Assembly (NCBI GenBank): GCA_003645645.1
Contig: QNBH01000002.1
Span: forward strand, 1 to 57,650
Source of the DNA: Spirochaetota bacterium
GTDB taxonomy: Bacteria; Spirochaetota; Spirochaetia; SPDA01; B32-G16
Length of the DNA stretch: 57,650 nt
Reading direction: 5' to 3'
In this document: positions 30,614-40,055 of the stretch, piece by piece
How positions within the stretch are numbered: position 1 is the first letter of the stretch
How the letters are laid out: each line of letters starts with the position of its first letter
Program-made: the position numbers and the translations under genes
Notes under the pieces: generated by a model
What the model was told of the DNA's origin: nothing
The model's database searches: none
Seen by the model: only the letters and a program-made list of their open reading frames with translations

Positions 30614-31455
30614 TCTTCTATTCCGCAGAAAGATTTTACAGAAAAATAGTTTATCTTCTACTCTTCTTTTTTACAATCTTTTTTTTGTTTCCCATCCTGT
30701 GGATGTTTATAATTTCCCTCAAACCGGTATCCCAACTGTACAGGTTTCCCCCTCACATAATACCAAGGCCGCCGGTTTTAAAAAATTATGTTTACTCATT
30801 CATCAACATCGGTATCGGGCGAAACCTCTTTAACAGTCTGATTCTCACCCTTGGAACTCTTGCCGTAAGCATTCCTGTAAGCATACCTGCCGCTTACGCA
30901 CTGTCCAAGTTCAGGTTCAGATTTCAATCGGTTTTACTCCTGGGTATCCTGGGCACGCAGATGATTCCGGGTATGGCTTCGCTTGTTCCGCTTTTCGATA
31001 TTCTTAAGAGCTTCAAGCTTCTCGATAGCTTTATCGGGCTGATTTTTATCTATACTGCCAGAACTCTTCCCCTCAATATCTGGATATTCAAAGGGTTTTT
31101 CGACACCATACCCAACGATCTCTTCGAAGCCGCTCTGGTTGACGGATGTACCCAGTTTCAATCAATGCGGTACATCATGGTTCCCCTTGTTCTTCCGGGT
31201 ATGGCGGCGGCTTCCATGTTTACGATAATGCAAAGCTGGATTGAGTTTATCGTTCCGCTTACCATGCTCTTCAGTGAGGAGAAGCTTCCCTTTCCGGTTG
31301 CCGTGTACAAGTTTATGGGAAGCCCAATTATGGGGACCAACTATGGGGCAATATTCGCATCGGCAGCAGTGGGTTCTTTACCAATACTGATGTTGTTTAT
31401 CATATTTCAACGCTACTTTATAAAGGGCTTAACAGCCGGTGCTGTAAAAGAGTAG
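30610..31455 (+). CDS. Carbohydrate ABC permease (MalG-like)
   Basis: AAYALSK, IPNDLFEAALVDGC and the C-terminal QRYFIKGLTAGAVKE. Confidence 0.93.
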   Translation: MIFYSAERFYRKIVYLLLFFFTIFFLFPILWMFIISLKPVSQLYRFPPHIIPRPPVLKNYVYSFINIGIGRNLFNSLILTLGTLAVSIPVSIPAAYALSKFRFRFQSVLLLGILGTQMIPGMASLVPLFDILKSFKLLDSFIGLIFIYTARTLPLNIWIFKGFFDTIPNDLFEAALVDGCTQFQSMRYIMVPLVLPGMAAASMFTIMQSWIEFIVPLTMLFSEEKLPFPVAVYKFMGSPIMGTNYGAIFASAAVGSLPILMLFIIFQRYFIKGLTAGAVKE

Positions 31456-31560
31456 GGTTTGCGTTGCTTTATCGAGAGTCTGAAAGCAGGAGCGGTGAAG
31501 GAGCAGGACGTGCATTTTCGTTACTTTATCAAAAGCCTGAAAGCAGGAGCGGTAAAGGAA
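31411..31560 (+). repeat. Three in-frame degenerate copies of the permease 3' end
   Basis: RYFIKGLTAGAVKE* (31411), RCFIESLKAGAVKEQ (31462) and RYFIKSLKAGAVKES (31519). Confidence 0.85.
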
Positions 31561-31620
31561 TCACAGAGGTTATACGGACAAGGGGAGGCATAAGAATAAC
31601 CATAGAAATGGAGGAAATAG

Positions 31621-32457
31621 GTGAAACAACCTGGTGAGAGAGAAAAAATTAAAGTGGCTCTTATTCAGATGGACAGCAAGCCCAAAGAAAAGGAGCATAA
31701 TATCTCCCACGCAAAGGAACTTATAAGGAATAACGCAGTTGATGCAGAGTTTGTCTGTCTTCCCGAGCTATTTTCCACAGGTTATAACTTAAACCTGATG
31801 GGGGATTCCTTCTATGAGCTTGCAGAGACCATACCCGGCCCTACTACAGAAGAGTTTGGGAGGCTTGCAAGAGAGCGGAGCCTGGCCATACTCGGCACAA
31901 TAGTAGAAGCCGATTCCATCAGAAAAGGAGTTCTCTACGATACCACTTTCCTCATCGATTCCTCGGGAAATCTGGCAGGTAAATACAGAAAAACGCATCT
32001 CTACCCTGCAGAACACAGCTATTTCCGTCCGGGGAGCAAACTCCCGGTTTTTGAGCTGGAGGGTATAAAAACCGGGGTGGCTATTTGTTTTGAACATGCC
32101 TTTCCACAGATCTTTACCATCCTCGCGCTTAAAGGGGCTCTGATGATTTTCATACCCTCAGCAGTTCCGACCGGTTACGAATATCTGCTTAACTTACGAT
32201 CGAGGGCAAGAGCACAGGACAATCAGCTTTTTATAGCCGCGGTTAACCGGGTTGGGAAAGAGGGAGAGATTTCTTTCTGCGGACTCAGTAAGATCATCAA
32301 TCCCAGAGGGGAGGTGATAGCAGAAGGAGACGGCAGTAGAGAGCAGGTGGTGGTAGGAGAGATTGATCTAAACCTCATCCTTAAAGAACGAAAACAGGAA
32401 CCTTTCTTCAGGGCGATGCGGCCGGAGCTTTACCGCCCTCTGGTTAAGCCTCTGTAG
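31621..32457 (+). CDS. Carbon-nitrogen hydrolase (nitrilase superfamily)
   Basis: Catalytic E-K-C triad in LPELF, YRKTHL and ICFE; RARAQDNQ. Confidence 0.93.
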   Translation: MKQPGEREKIKVALIQMDSKPKEKEHNISHAKELIRNNAVDAEFVCLPELFSTGYNLNLMGDSFYELAETIPGPTTEEFGRLARERSLAILGTIVEADSIRKGVLYDTTFLIDSSGNLAGKYRKTHLYPAEHSYFRPGSKLPVFELEGIKTGVAICFEHAFPQIFTILALKGALMIFIPSAVPTGYEYLLNLRSRARAQDNQLFIAAVNRVGKEGEISFCGLSKIINPRGEVIAEGDGSREQVVVGEIDLNLILKERKQEPFFRAMRPELYRPLVKPL

Positions 32458-32537
32458 CCTTTAAGGTATCATACTGAATTGACAATCATCGCTGTGTAAA
32501 GTTATATTTTATTGAGTCGATAACCACAGGAGCCAGA

Positions 32538-34037
32538 GTGTTCGAAATAGATAAAAGTGTACCCATTCCCCTATATTATCAGTTAAAACAAATTATAATG
32601 AAAAAAATAGAAACCGGGGAGTACAAACCCAACGACAGGCTGCCCACCGAGCACGAGCTTTGCAGCATGCTCGGAATGAGCCGCACACCGGTACGCCAGG
32701 CTCTTACAGAACTGACCCACGAGGGTATACTTTACCGCAGACCGGGTCAGGGTACTTTTGTAAGCGATTTCTCCCTCTCACCATCAAGGGATATTATGCG
32801 AATAAGGGTGCTTGTCCCGGAAGATAAATGGGCTACGCCTCTGGAAAAAGCAGTAAGCCAGTGGAATGAAGCCCATTCGGAGAGGCAGGTAAAACTCAAC
32901 TTACTGCTTGTAGGCTATCCGGAACTGCATTTCAAGATAAAAAGCGCCCTAACCAGCGGATCGCCTCCCGATTTCTTTCTTCTGGACTCTGTTTCCGTGC
33001 CCAACCTTGCAAAGGAAGGTTTCTTAAAACCTCTCGATGAGATCGACCCCCTGTGGATTGAAAATGATTACAGGAGGGATTTTTTCCCCGTGTTCGTGGA
33101 GGAGAGCACTTACCAGGGGCACATCTACGCCATCCCCGCCCAGACTGATATGGCTCTCATCTGGTACAGAAGGGATTGGTTTAAAATGGAGGGTATGGAG
33201 CCGCCCGGTACATGGGAAGAACTGGTTAAGACTGCAGAACATTTCAAGAAGCCTTCTGTAAGAAAGAAGTACGGGCTTAAAGAGTATCCCCTTGGTTTTC
33301 CTGGAGGCCTTAAGGCCGGTGAGACCATAACCTATTTCTTTTTACCCTTTCTATGGTCTACCGGCGGGGATGTTCTCTCAAACGGAAGAGTGGTTTTTGA
33401 CAGCGAGGCTTCAAGGCGCGCCTTAAGCTTCCTGAGGGATCTTGTATGGAAACACAGGGTTGAGTCGCCGGAAGTTGTAAGCTACGAGTGGGATAAAACT
33501 CCCAAGCTTTTTGCCAAGGGAGAGTTCGCACTTGCCATCGGAGGGAGCTACGAGAGCAGTATCATCCGGGAGGTGAGCGGTTTCGGTGATGAGGAGTTTA
33601 GAAAAAGAGTCGGGTTTGTTCCCATTCCCGCTAGCCCGGGAGGAAGGTGCACCACGACAGCCGGCGGAATGGCCTATGCCGTATCGGCGAATGCCCACGA
33701 TCCCGAGCTTGTGCTTAATATCCTCAAGATTACAACCGGGGAGAGATTTATGCGCGCTTTCTGCCTTTCCACCGGACAAAACCCTCCCCGCATTTCGGTA
33801 CAAAGATCCCTGGATCCCGAAAAAAATTGGTTTTTATTTAAGACTTCCGCCATGATTTACAACGCCAGGGTGCGTCCCCTTACCCCCGAGTACAGAAGGA
33901 TTTCGGAACAGCTTCAAGTCCTGCTGGAAAATACAATATCCGGTAAAATGGATGTGGATGAGGCTGTAAGAAGAACGGCCTGCAATCTTGAGAAGATTAT
34001 AGGAGGCGATAGCCCGATCTCAGATAACGCCACTTAG
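32538..34037 (+). CDS. GntR wHTH regulator fused to a cytoplasmic copy of the operon's solute-binding protein
   Basis: PLYYQLKQ..RLPTEHEL..SRTPVRQAL..GQGTFV, then a region closely similar to 28326..29648 without a signal peptide. Confidence 0.9.
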   Translation: MFEIDKSVPIPLYYQLKQIIMKKIETGEYKPNDRLPTEHELCSMLGMSRTPVRQALTELTHEGILYRRPGQGTFVSDFSLSPSRDIMRIRVLVPEDKWATPLEKAVSQWNEAHSERQVKLNLLLVGYPELHFKIKSALTSGSPPDFFLLDSVSVPNLAKEGFLKPLDEIDPLWIENDYRRDFFPVFVEESTYQGHIYAIPAQTDMALIWYRRDWFKMEGMEPPGTWEELVKTAEHFKKPSVRKKYGLKEYPLGFPGGLKAGETITYFFLPFLWSTGGDVLSNGRVVFDSEASRRALSFLRDLVWKHRVESPEVVSYEWDKTPKLFAKGEFALAIGGSYESSIIREVSGFGDEEFRKRVGFVPIPASPGGRCTTTAGGMAYAVSANAHDPELVLNILKITTGERFMRAFCLSTGQNPPRISVQRSLDPEKNWFLFKTSAMIYNARVRPLTPEYRRISEQLQVLLENTISGKMDVDEAVRRTACNLEKIIGGDSPISDNAT

Positions 34038-34062
34038 GTTGCTTTTTTGGCTGGCAGGAGGG

Positions 34063-37000
34063 TTATTCTTTAAAAAAAGCAAGCAGGTAGTCATCCGTTC
34101 GCTTGCGTATACGGGCAAGGTTAAGCTTAAAACCGGTTTCCCTTAAAACCCTGTCCAACTCTTTTTGCCGGCTTTTAGAGGCTCTTTCCCTATCCAGATG
34201 GTGAAGCTTTCTCTCAAGGTAGAGAACGGATAGTTTTGTCTCGAGCAATTCCCGCTTCAAAGTGGATAATCGGCTCCTCTTCTCCCATAGGCGAAGCTCT
34301 TTGGTATGGGTATCTTTTGTTTTAGCTTCTGTCTCTTCCAGTTTTTTAAGCTCTGCCGCAAGTTTCTCTGCTCTTTTTCTTTCTATAATAAGGTCTTCTT
34401 CTGTTACTGCGGGTTGGGAGACGTATCGTGAGAAGAGATTTCTTGCGGCATTCAAAGCCGCAGGAGATACATACTCCAGTAACCTGAAACCACACCCCTC
34501 CAGTGTTTTTGCTGACGCTCCTGCTTTACCATATTTTGTACGAGCGTTATCCGTCCCGAATGTATCTCCCCTTTCAATATCGAGCAGGACTGTAGCAATC
34601 TTTTTAGCACCCAGGGAAACTGTTAATGTATTTCCATCAACGGGATACACCCTGTATTCTTTACCTTCATTTAAATTGGCCATCCATGCCCTCTTTATTC
34701 TTAAAGCAGAATGCAGGGTAGCAGGAATAGAACAAGGTGAAGGATTGAAAAGGCGGATAAGAACTGCTTCCCCATCCTCTGTAATTTTAACTGCAGATTC
34801 CCTTATGACATTGCCGGGGGAAAGAACCCTTAAAAAGCCCTCGGGAGACGCAAAACCGTGAGGATAATCTTCTTCTTCGGCTCTTTTGCTTCTGGAACGA
34901 ATACCGGCAAGATAACCCCCGGCGGGTTCTATTACCAGGAGAGGTGTGTTAAACTCTTCAGCCAGCCTGCCCACCTCTCCCCCTTCCCAGTTTCCTGTGT
35001 GCGGGTACAGGGCGAAGCGGAATACCATATCTCTCAAGCACTGTGCACCTGGTGTGTAGATTGCGGGCCCTGCATCTCCTACACGCCCCTTGAGGTCTCC
35101 TCTTGCAAGCCAGCCAACCGATCTGAACAGAGTAAGTGCAATCGTGCTTCTTTCGGGAAGTATCTCGTATTCGGGAAGCCCCCTGTTTATAACTGCAAGA
35201 CCGCGTCTTCCGTCGGAGAGATCAACGAAACGGGTCTGAGGGAAGGTAGTTACCGGCTCAGGCTCACGTGCACCCAGGAGAATTTTCTTTAATTCGGGGG
35301 GGATTTCATCGTCTTTATACGGTTCGGGTATGATGGGATGGGAGACCACGTCAAACTGAGTCTCAGCAATGGAGATTTCGGTTCTAATATCTGTAGGGAA
35401 GATAACCCTGAGTCTGTGATCTTTTACGGTATTACGGAGGATGACGGTGAACCTGATAAGGGGTGAGTCGGCGGATACTGTTATAAAAGTAATTACCGGA
35501 AGGATGGTGGTTTGAGGGCTTCTTCTTTCTCGATCCGGGCTTAAAGCCTCAGGTAAGACCAGTTCGGTTGTAATTTTTACAGTGGCAAGGAGAGGCCCTT
35601 CCGACAGAAGCTCAAACCCAGCCTTACCCCCTGCACTTGAGTAAAGGATATCCGAAAGGGGAGGAGAGTAGTTGTATGTATCCCCCGCATCACCGGAATC
35701 CTCGAACATAAAAAGGCCGGTATAGGTGAAGCCCCTCTCTTTATCGACTAAGTCGATCGTACCATCATCTTTAATAAAGAGTGTATGCCAGGGCGAGTCT
35801 ATACGTCTCTCTTTTTTTGAGACACTGATTTTCTCAGGCAGAGTTCCCCCGGCTGACACGGAAGTTGATGGCTCAACAAATCTTACAGATCTAAATCCTA
35901 AAGGCGGTGTCTCAGGAATAAAAACATGGAGAGCGCCGGTTTTATCTTTTGAGAACGGTAAAATCTCTCCTCTTTCATCGACCGGCACCAAACTTTCACC
36001 GGCGGAATCGGCCGAACTCCCCTTTTCAGAGAGATCAAAGATTACAATTCCCGTTCTCGGGTGAAGCGATGGGTTAAAAACCAGAAACTCTTTATCGACT
36101 TCCCTTCTCCCGGCAGTGAGAAGCTTGAGGGCATTTCCTATAATCTGACTACACTCCCCTTTTACCTCGGAGAAGCGTCTCTCCATATCTTCATGCACTT
36201 CGTCTACACTGACTCCGCATATATTGTCATGGGGATGATTTTTAAGCAGGTTCCTCCATAAAAGGGTAAGTTCTTCCGATGGATAGTCTGCTCCCTTAAG
36301 CCAGGCCAGTGTACAGAGGGGTTCCGTGTAACGTTCGAGTAAGTTCTGGCAGAGATGGTTTTGCAGTTTTAGATACATTCGGGAAGAGAGAACTCCGGGA
36401 AAAACAGAGATGTATCTTCCACTGTAAAGGGTCCCGGCCAGTGTCTGGAGGCTTGGCTTATCTGCCAGCACGATACGGAGATAGTCTTCCGGCAGTATCT
36501 GCTTTGCCTGGAATCCGTTTTTTCTAAGCTCTTTAAGGACGGGCAGAATATTTTCCGGTTCTGTCTCCTGATCGTACCCGTTCATAAGGAGAAGATTCGG
36601 AGTTTCGGAGAAAGGGGTAAGCCTGTTGGCGATTTTTTCGACCCTCTTTGAGAGTATTTCTCTCTCTGAGAGAAGACGCATTCCGTTTCGGTAGCTGTCG
36701 AGAAGATAGATGCATGGAAGTACGGTTCCGTCGGGGGAGCTCCAGAGAAACTCTGTGCGTACCTTCTGCGGTTCCATCTCCACCCCCCGCCAGAGGAACA
36801 AACCCTTTATACCGAAACCGGCATGTATCTGGGGCGCCTGACTGATCTGACCGAAGTTATCCAGAAGCCATCCCGCTCTCATTGGTGAGCCTAAATCTCC
36901 TGCATCCTTAAAGCCGATGAGAAGGTTCCTGATGAGGGCTTCTCCGCCTGCAAGCTGCCAGTCCGGCTGGAGGTAGTAGGGGCCACCCGTAATTCTCCCC

Positions 37001-37284
37001 TCCCTGCAGTAGCGGGCAAGCCTTTCCTTTGCCTTCCCGGGGTTTTCTCCCAGTCGCTTAAGCTCTTCCAGATAGTCTTCTATCATGATCGTCTGGCCGT
37101 CCAGCACAAACCGGTACTCCGGTTCTTTGTCCAGCAGATCCAGAAGAGAATCGAAAAAAGAGATAAGCCACTCACAGGTATACCTGGCAGGGAGAAACCA
37201 TTCTCTATCCCAATGTGTATGAGAGATGAAAAAAAGCTTGTGGTTAATAGGGTCAGGTCTTGAAATTTGACTATTTTGCTTCAT
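34063..37284 (-). CDS. GH38 alpha-mannosidase / mannosylglycerate-hydrolase-like protein with a C-terminal coiled-coil tail (start uncertain; ORF open to 37332)
   Basis: ISHTHWDREW, FVLDGQ, GWLLDNFGQ, HPHDNICG, DAGDTYNY and TLFRSVG motifs. Confidence 0.9.
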   Translation of the reverse strand: MKQNSQISRPDPINHKLFFISHTHWDREWFLPARYTCEWLISFFDSLLDLLDKEPEYRFVLDGQTIMIEDYLEELKRLGENPGKAKERLARYCREGRITGGPYYLQPDWQLAGGEALIRNLLIGFKDAGDLGSPMRAGWLLDNFGQISQAPQIHAGFGIKGLFLWRGVEMEPQKVRTEFLWSSPDGTVLPCIYLLDSYRNGMRLLSEREILSKRVEKIANRLTPFSETPNLLLMNGYDQETEPENILPVLKELRKNGFQAKQILPEDYLRIVLADKPSLQTLAGTLYSGRYISVFPGVLSSRMYLKLQNHLCQNLLERYTEPLCTLAWLKGADYPSEELTLLWRNLLKNHPHDNICGVSVDEVHEDMERRFSEVKGECSQIIGNALKLLTAGRREVDKEFLVFNPSLHPRTGIVIFDLSEKGSSADSAGESLVPVDERGEILPFSKDKTGALHVFIPETPPLGFRSVRFVEPSTSVSAGGTLPEKISVSKKERRIDSPWHTLFIKDDGTIDLVDKERGFTYTGLFMFEDSGDAGDTYNYSPPLSDILYSSAGGKAGFELLSEGPLLATVKITTELVLPEALSPDRERRSPQTTILPVITFITVSADSPLIRFTVILRNTVKDHRLRVIFPTDIRTEISIAETQFDVVSHPIIPEPYKDDEIPPELKKILLGAREPEPVTTFPQTRFVDLSDGRRGLAVINRGLPEYEILPERSTIALTLFRSVGWLARGDLKGRVGDAGPAIYTPGAQCLRDMVFRFALYPHTGNWEGGEVGRLAEEFNTPLLVIEPAGGYLAGIRSRSKRAEEEDYPHGFASPEGFLRVLSPGNVIRESAVKITEDGEAVLIRLFNPSPCSIPATLHSALRIKRAWMANLNEGKEYRVYPVDGNTLTVSLGAKKIATVLLDIERGDTFGTDNARTKYGKAGASAKTLEGCGFRLLEYVSPAALNAARNLFSRYVSQPAVTEEDLIIERKRAEKLAAELKKLEETEAKTKDTHTKELRLWEKRSRLSTLKRELLETKLSVLYLERKLHHLDRERASKSRQKELDRVLRETGFKLNLARIRKRTDDYLLAFFKE

Positions 37285-37386
37285 ATTGATAAGGGCAGCT
37301 CCCTGGCGAAGGTTTATCTTAATTGCAAGCACAATTTTCGATACACTTATAGATTATTTAAATATTCTGCAAAATTTCAAGACCTG
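37250..37386. mobile_element. Putative MITE/REP-like element
   Basis: Perfect 15-bp inverted repeat CAGGTCTTGAAATTT (37254-37268) / AAATTTCAAGACCTG (37372-37386). The left end is 21/22 identical to 5358-5379. Confidence 0.55.
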
Positions 37387-37439
37387 GCAAAAATTTTTTC
37401 TGAAAATTTCATTTTAAAAAGAATATTTCAGAAAGAGTA

Positions 37440-37468
37440 TTGACAATCCGGTAAAGGTAGTTTATTCT
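37440..37468 (+). promoter_or_regulatory. sigma70 promoter of the LacI gene
   Basis: TTGACA-N17-TATTCT, 11 bp before the GTG start. Confidence 0.65.
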
Positions 37469-37479
37469 GGTTAGTAACG

Positions 37480-38472
37480 GTGGATGATAAAGTTACTATC
37501 GAAAAAATAGCCCGGTATGCGGGTGTAAGTCCCAGTACGGTGAGCAGGGCGTTGAATCAGCCTGAGCTTGTAAAGGCAAGGACGAGAGAGAACGTCTACG
37601 AGGCGGTAGAGGAGCTTAAATACGTTCCCCCTGCTGTTAAACACGAAGGCACTGCAAAAACCGCCGTTATCGGTCTTGCTGTGCCCGATATAAAGCTCTC
37701 TTTTGTGGGTGAGCTTATAAGGGATATTCAACTGGAGCTTTCCTCAACTTCCTGCGATCTTCTCTTAATCGATATGAAAGGAGAGAGGCGGGTATCCCTC
37801 TTCTTTACCAGGAACTCCTTTTACAGAAAAAAGATCGACGCGGTTATCATCTTCTCTGCCATCCTGGATGAAGGAGGGGTAAACTTTTTTAATTCTGTAA
37901 ATATCCCCGTTGTATTGATGCAGTCCCGCTCCGGTGCTGCAAAATCTATCAGTACAAATAACTTTTTAGGGGGACATGATGCAACAGAGTATCTTCTAAG
38001 CAGAGGGTACAGAAAGATCGGCTTCGTGGGATGGAACTACCAGGATGACAGGCTGATGGGTAGATTCAACGGTTATAGAAGTGCCCTGGAGAAGGCAGGC
38101 ATTGAGTTTCAAGAAAGCATGGCCTGCTACGATACAATTGATGTAGAGGGAGGTTATAAAGCAACGGAGAGATTGCTGGAAGGGTTTAAACCGGATGCGG
38201 TTTTTTATTCTTGCGATGCCATGGCTGCAGGAGGGCTTAAGTTTTTTCGCACCCATAATTTCAAAGTGCCCGATGAAGTAGGGGTGATGGGTTTCGACAA
38301 TATTGAGCTGGCCTCTGCATTGGGTCTTACAACCATGAAACAGTTTATACGGGAAAAGGCTCGTATGGCCATATCCTATCTTATGGACAGGTTATCGGGC
38401 AATTCCAGAAAGCTCTTAAATGAGGAGATTTGCATAACTCCCCGGGTTGTAATCCGGGAGACTACAAGGTAA
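37480..38472 (+). CDS. LacI-family regulator
   Basis: VTIEKIARYAGVSPSTVSRAL, VMGFDN and LTTMKQ motifs. Confidence 0.93.
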   Translation: MDDKVTIEKIARYAGVSPSTVSRALNQPELVKARTRENVYEAVEELKYVPPAVKHEGTAKTAVIGLAVPDIKLSFVGELIRDIQLELSSTSCDLLLIDMKGERRVSLFFTRNSFYRKKIDAVIIFSAILDEGGVNFFNSVNIPVVLMQSRSGAAKSISTNNFLGGHDATEYLLSRGYRKIGFVGWNYQDDRLMGRFNGYRSALEKAGIEFQESMACYDTIDVEGGYKATERLLEGFKPDAVFYSCDAMAAGGLKFFRTHNFKVPDEVGVMGFDNIELASALGLTTMKQFIREKARMAISYLMDRLSGNSRKLLNEEICITPRVVIRETTR

Positions 38473-38592
38473 ATATTTCCCCATTGAACGGCCTTCAATA
38501 GGCCGATCAACGGTGTACGCATGGTTACACAGAGGCGCGTTATAAGAAATTTTTCCCTGTACAGGGAGAAAAATAAAAATAGGAGGTTTAAT

Positions 38593-39978
38593 ATGAAAAG
38601 GTTAGGTGTAATTGTTCTTAGCTGTTTTATCTTCTTTGTTGCCAGCACTATGGTTTTCGCCGGCGGACAGAAGGAGGAGAAGGCAGAATCTGTAAAAGAG
38701 GTAACTATTACCCTATGGACCACGGAAGAACAGCCTGAAAGAATGGAAATACAGCGGGACATTGCAGTCAGGTTCAAAGAAAAGACCGGTATCAGCGTGG
38801 ATGTTGTTCCGGTTAGTGAGAATGTGATGGGAGAGAGGGTTACCGCAGCTTTCTCTGCAGGAGAGCTTCCTGATGTGATCTATCATCCGCTTAACTTTAC
38901 CCTGAGTTGGGCAGAAGCCGGAATACTGGATAGTGCAACAGCTACGGATGTGGTAGAGGGGCTGGGAGAAGGGACATTCGGTGCCGGTGCATTGGACCTT
39001 GTCAAGGTAGGAAATGAGTACGCTGCAGTACCGGTGGATGGCTGGACCCAGCTTCTGGTATACAGGGCAGATCTGTTCAAAGAAAAGGGGTTGCAACCTC
39101 CCACCACTTATTCGGCTATTAGCAAGGCTATCGATACACTGCATAACCCCCCCGGTCTCTACGGCTTTGTAGCTGCCACGGATCCCAGTCAGGTATACTT
39201 TATGCAAGTCTTCGAGCATGTTGCTCTTGCAAATGGAGTAGATATTGTAGATGATAATGGTAATGTTACTGTAAACACTCCTCAGATGATAGAAACACTC
39301 AAGTTTTACAAAAAGCTCGCCCAGGCAAGTCCTCCCGGAAATCTCTACTGGCAGCAATCCAGAGAGCTTTACTTTGCAGGAAAAACTGCCATGATAATCT
39401 GGTCACCTTTTATAATGGATGAGCTCGCCGGCCTACGGGACAGTGTTCCGGTTACAGCATACGATGATCCAACAACACGCGAACTAGCAAAGCGTACAGG
39501 ATTTATCACGAACCTGGCTGGACCGGGCAATCCCAAGGGATCGGGTTGGACTGATGTACGGTACTTTGGTATCACGGTGGACGCTAACGTCGATGCCTCC
39601 AGGAAGTTTGTGGAGTTTTCCATGAATGAAGGATATTTGGATACACTGGCAATAGCTCCGGAAGGTAAATTCCCGGTACGTAAAGGTACAACTGATAATC
39701 CGGTTAAGTTCATAGAAGGTTGGAAAAAACTTCCCGTTGGGGTGGATCGTAAGGCTCCTTCAGGCGAGATATACTCCGACGCAGTTATTGAGGAGCTTCT
39801 CAAGGGGCTTGAAACCGGAAGTAGATGGGGATTCAAGAAAGGGTACGGTTCGCTAACTTCAAAACTCTATGATACCAGGATTTTTGCAGAACTCGTTCGT
39901 CAGTATATTGACGGCGAGAGAAGCGTTGAGGAGACAGCCAGGATAATGCAACGGGAAGCAGAGGCACTCATGAAGTAG
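38593..39978 (+). CDS. Carbohydrate ABC transporter substrate-binding protein (CUT1)
   Basis: AGGAGG RBS, signal peptide ending FAGGQKE, ELPDVI and YRADLF..GLQPPTT motifs. Confidence 0.9.
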   Translation: MKRLGVIVLSCFIFFVASTMVFAGGQKEEKAESVKEVTITLWTTEEQPERMEIQRDIAVRFKEKTGISVDVVPVSENVMGERVTAAFSAGELPDVIYHPLNFTLSWAEAGILDSATATDVVEGLGEGTFGAGALDLVKVGNEYAAVPVDGWTQLLVYRADLFKEKGLQPPTTYSAISKAIDTLHNPPGLYGFVAATDPSQVYFMQVFEHVALANGVDIVDDNGNVTVNTPQMIETLKFYKKLAQASPPGNLYWQQSRELYFAGKTAMIIWSPFIMDELAGLRDSVPVTAYDDPTTRELAKRTGFITNLAGPGNPKGSGWTDVRYFGITVDANVDASRKFVEFSMNEGYLDTLAIAPEGKFPVRKGTTDNPVKFIEGWKKLPVGVDRKAPSGEIYSDAVIEELLKGLETGSRWGFKKGYGSLTSKLYDTRIFAELVRQYIDGERSVEETARIMQREAEALMK

Positions 39979-39990
39979 CAGTGATTTTTT

Positions 39991-40035
39991 AAGGAGAGGT
40001 GCGGGTGTTACGAGGCTTGCACTTCTCCTTTTTTT
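39991..40035 (+). terminator. Intrinsic terminator-like hairpin after the SBP gene
   Basis: AAGGAGAGGTGC...GCACTTCTCCTT followed by a T run. Confidence 0.7.
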
Positions 40036-40055
40036 CGTTTATAGAAGGAGAAAGT

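Noticed and set aside
38521-40055. Upstream-extended starts at 38521 and 39999 (likewise 16329, 29714, 47969, 54686)
   Set aside because: Downstream starts have better RBS and signal-peptide context.
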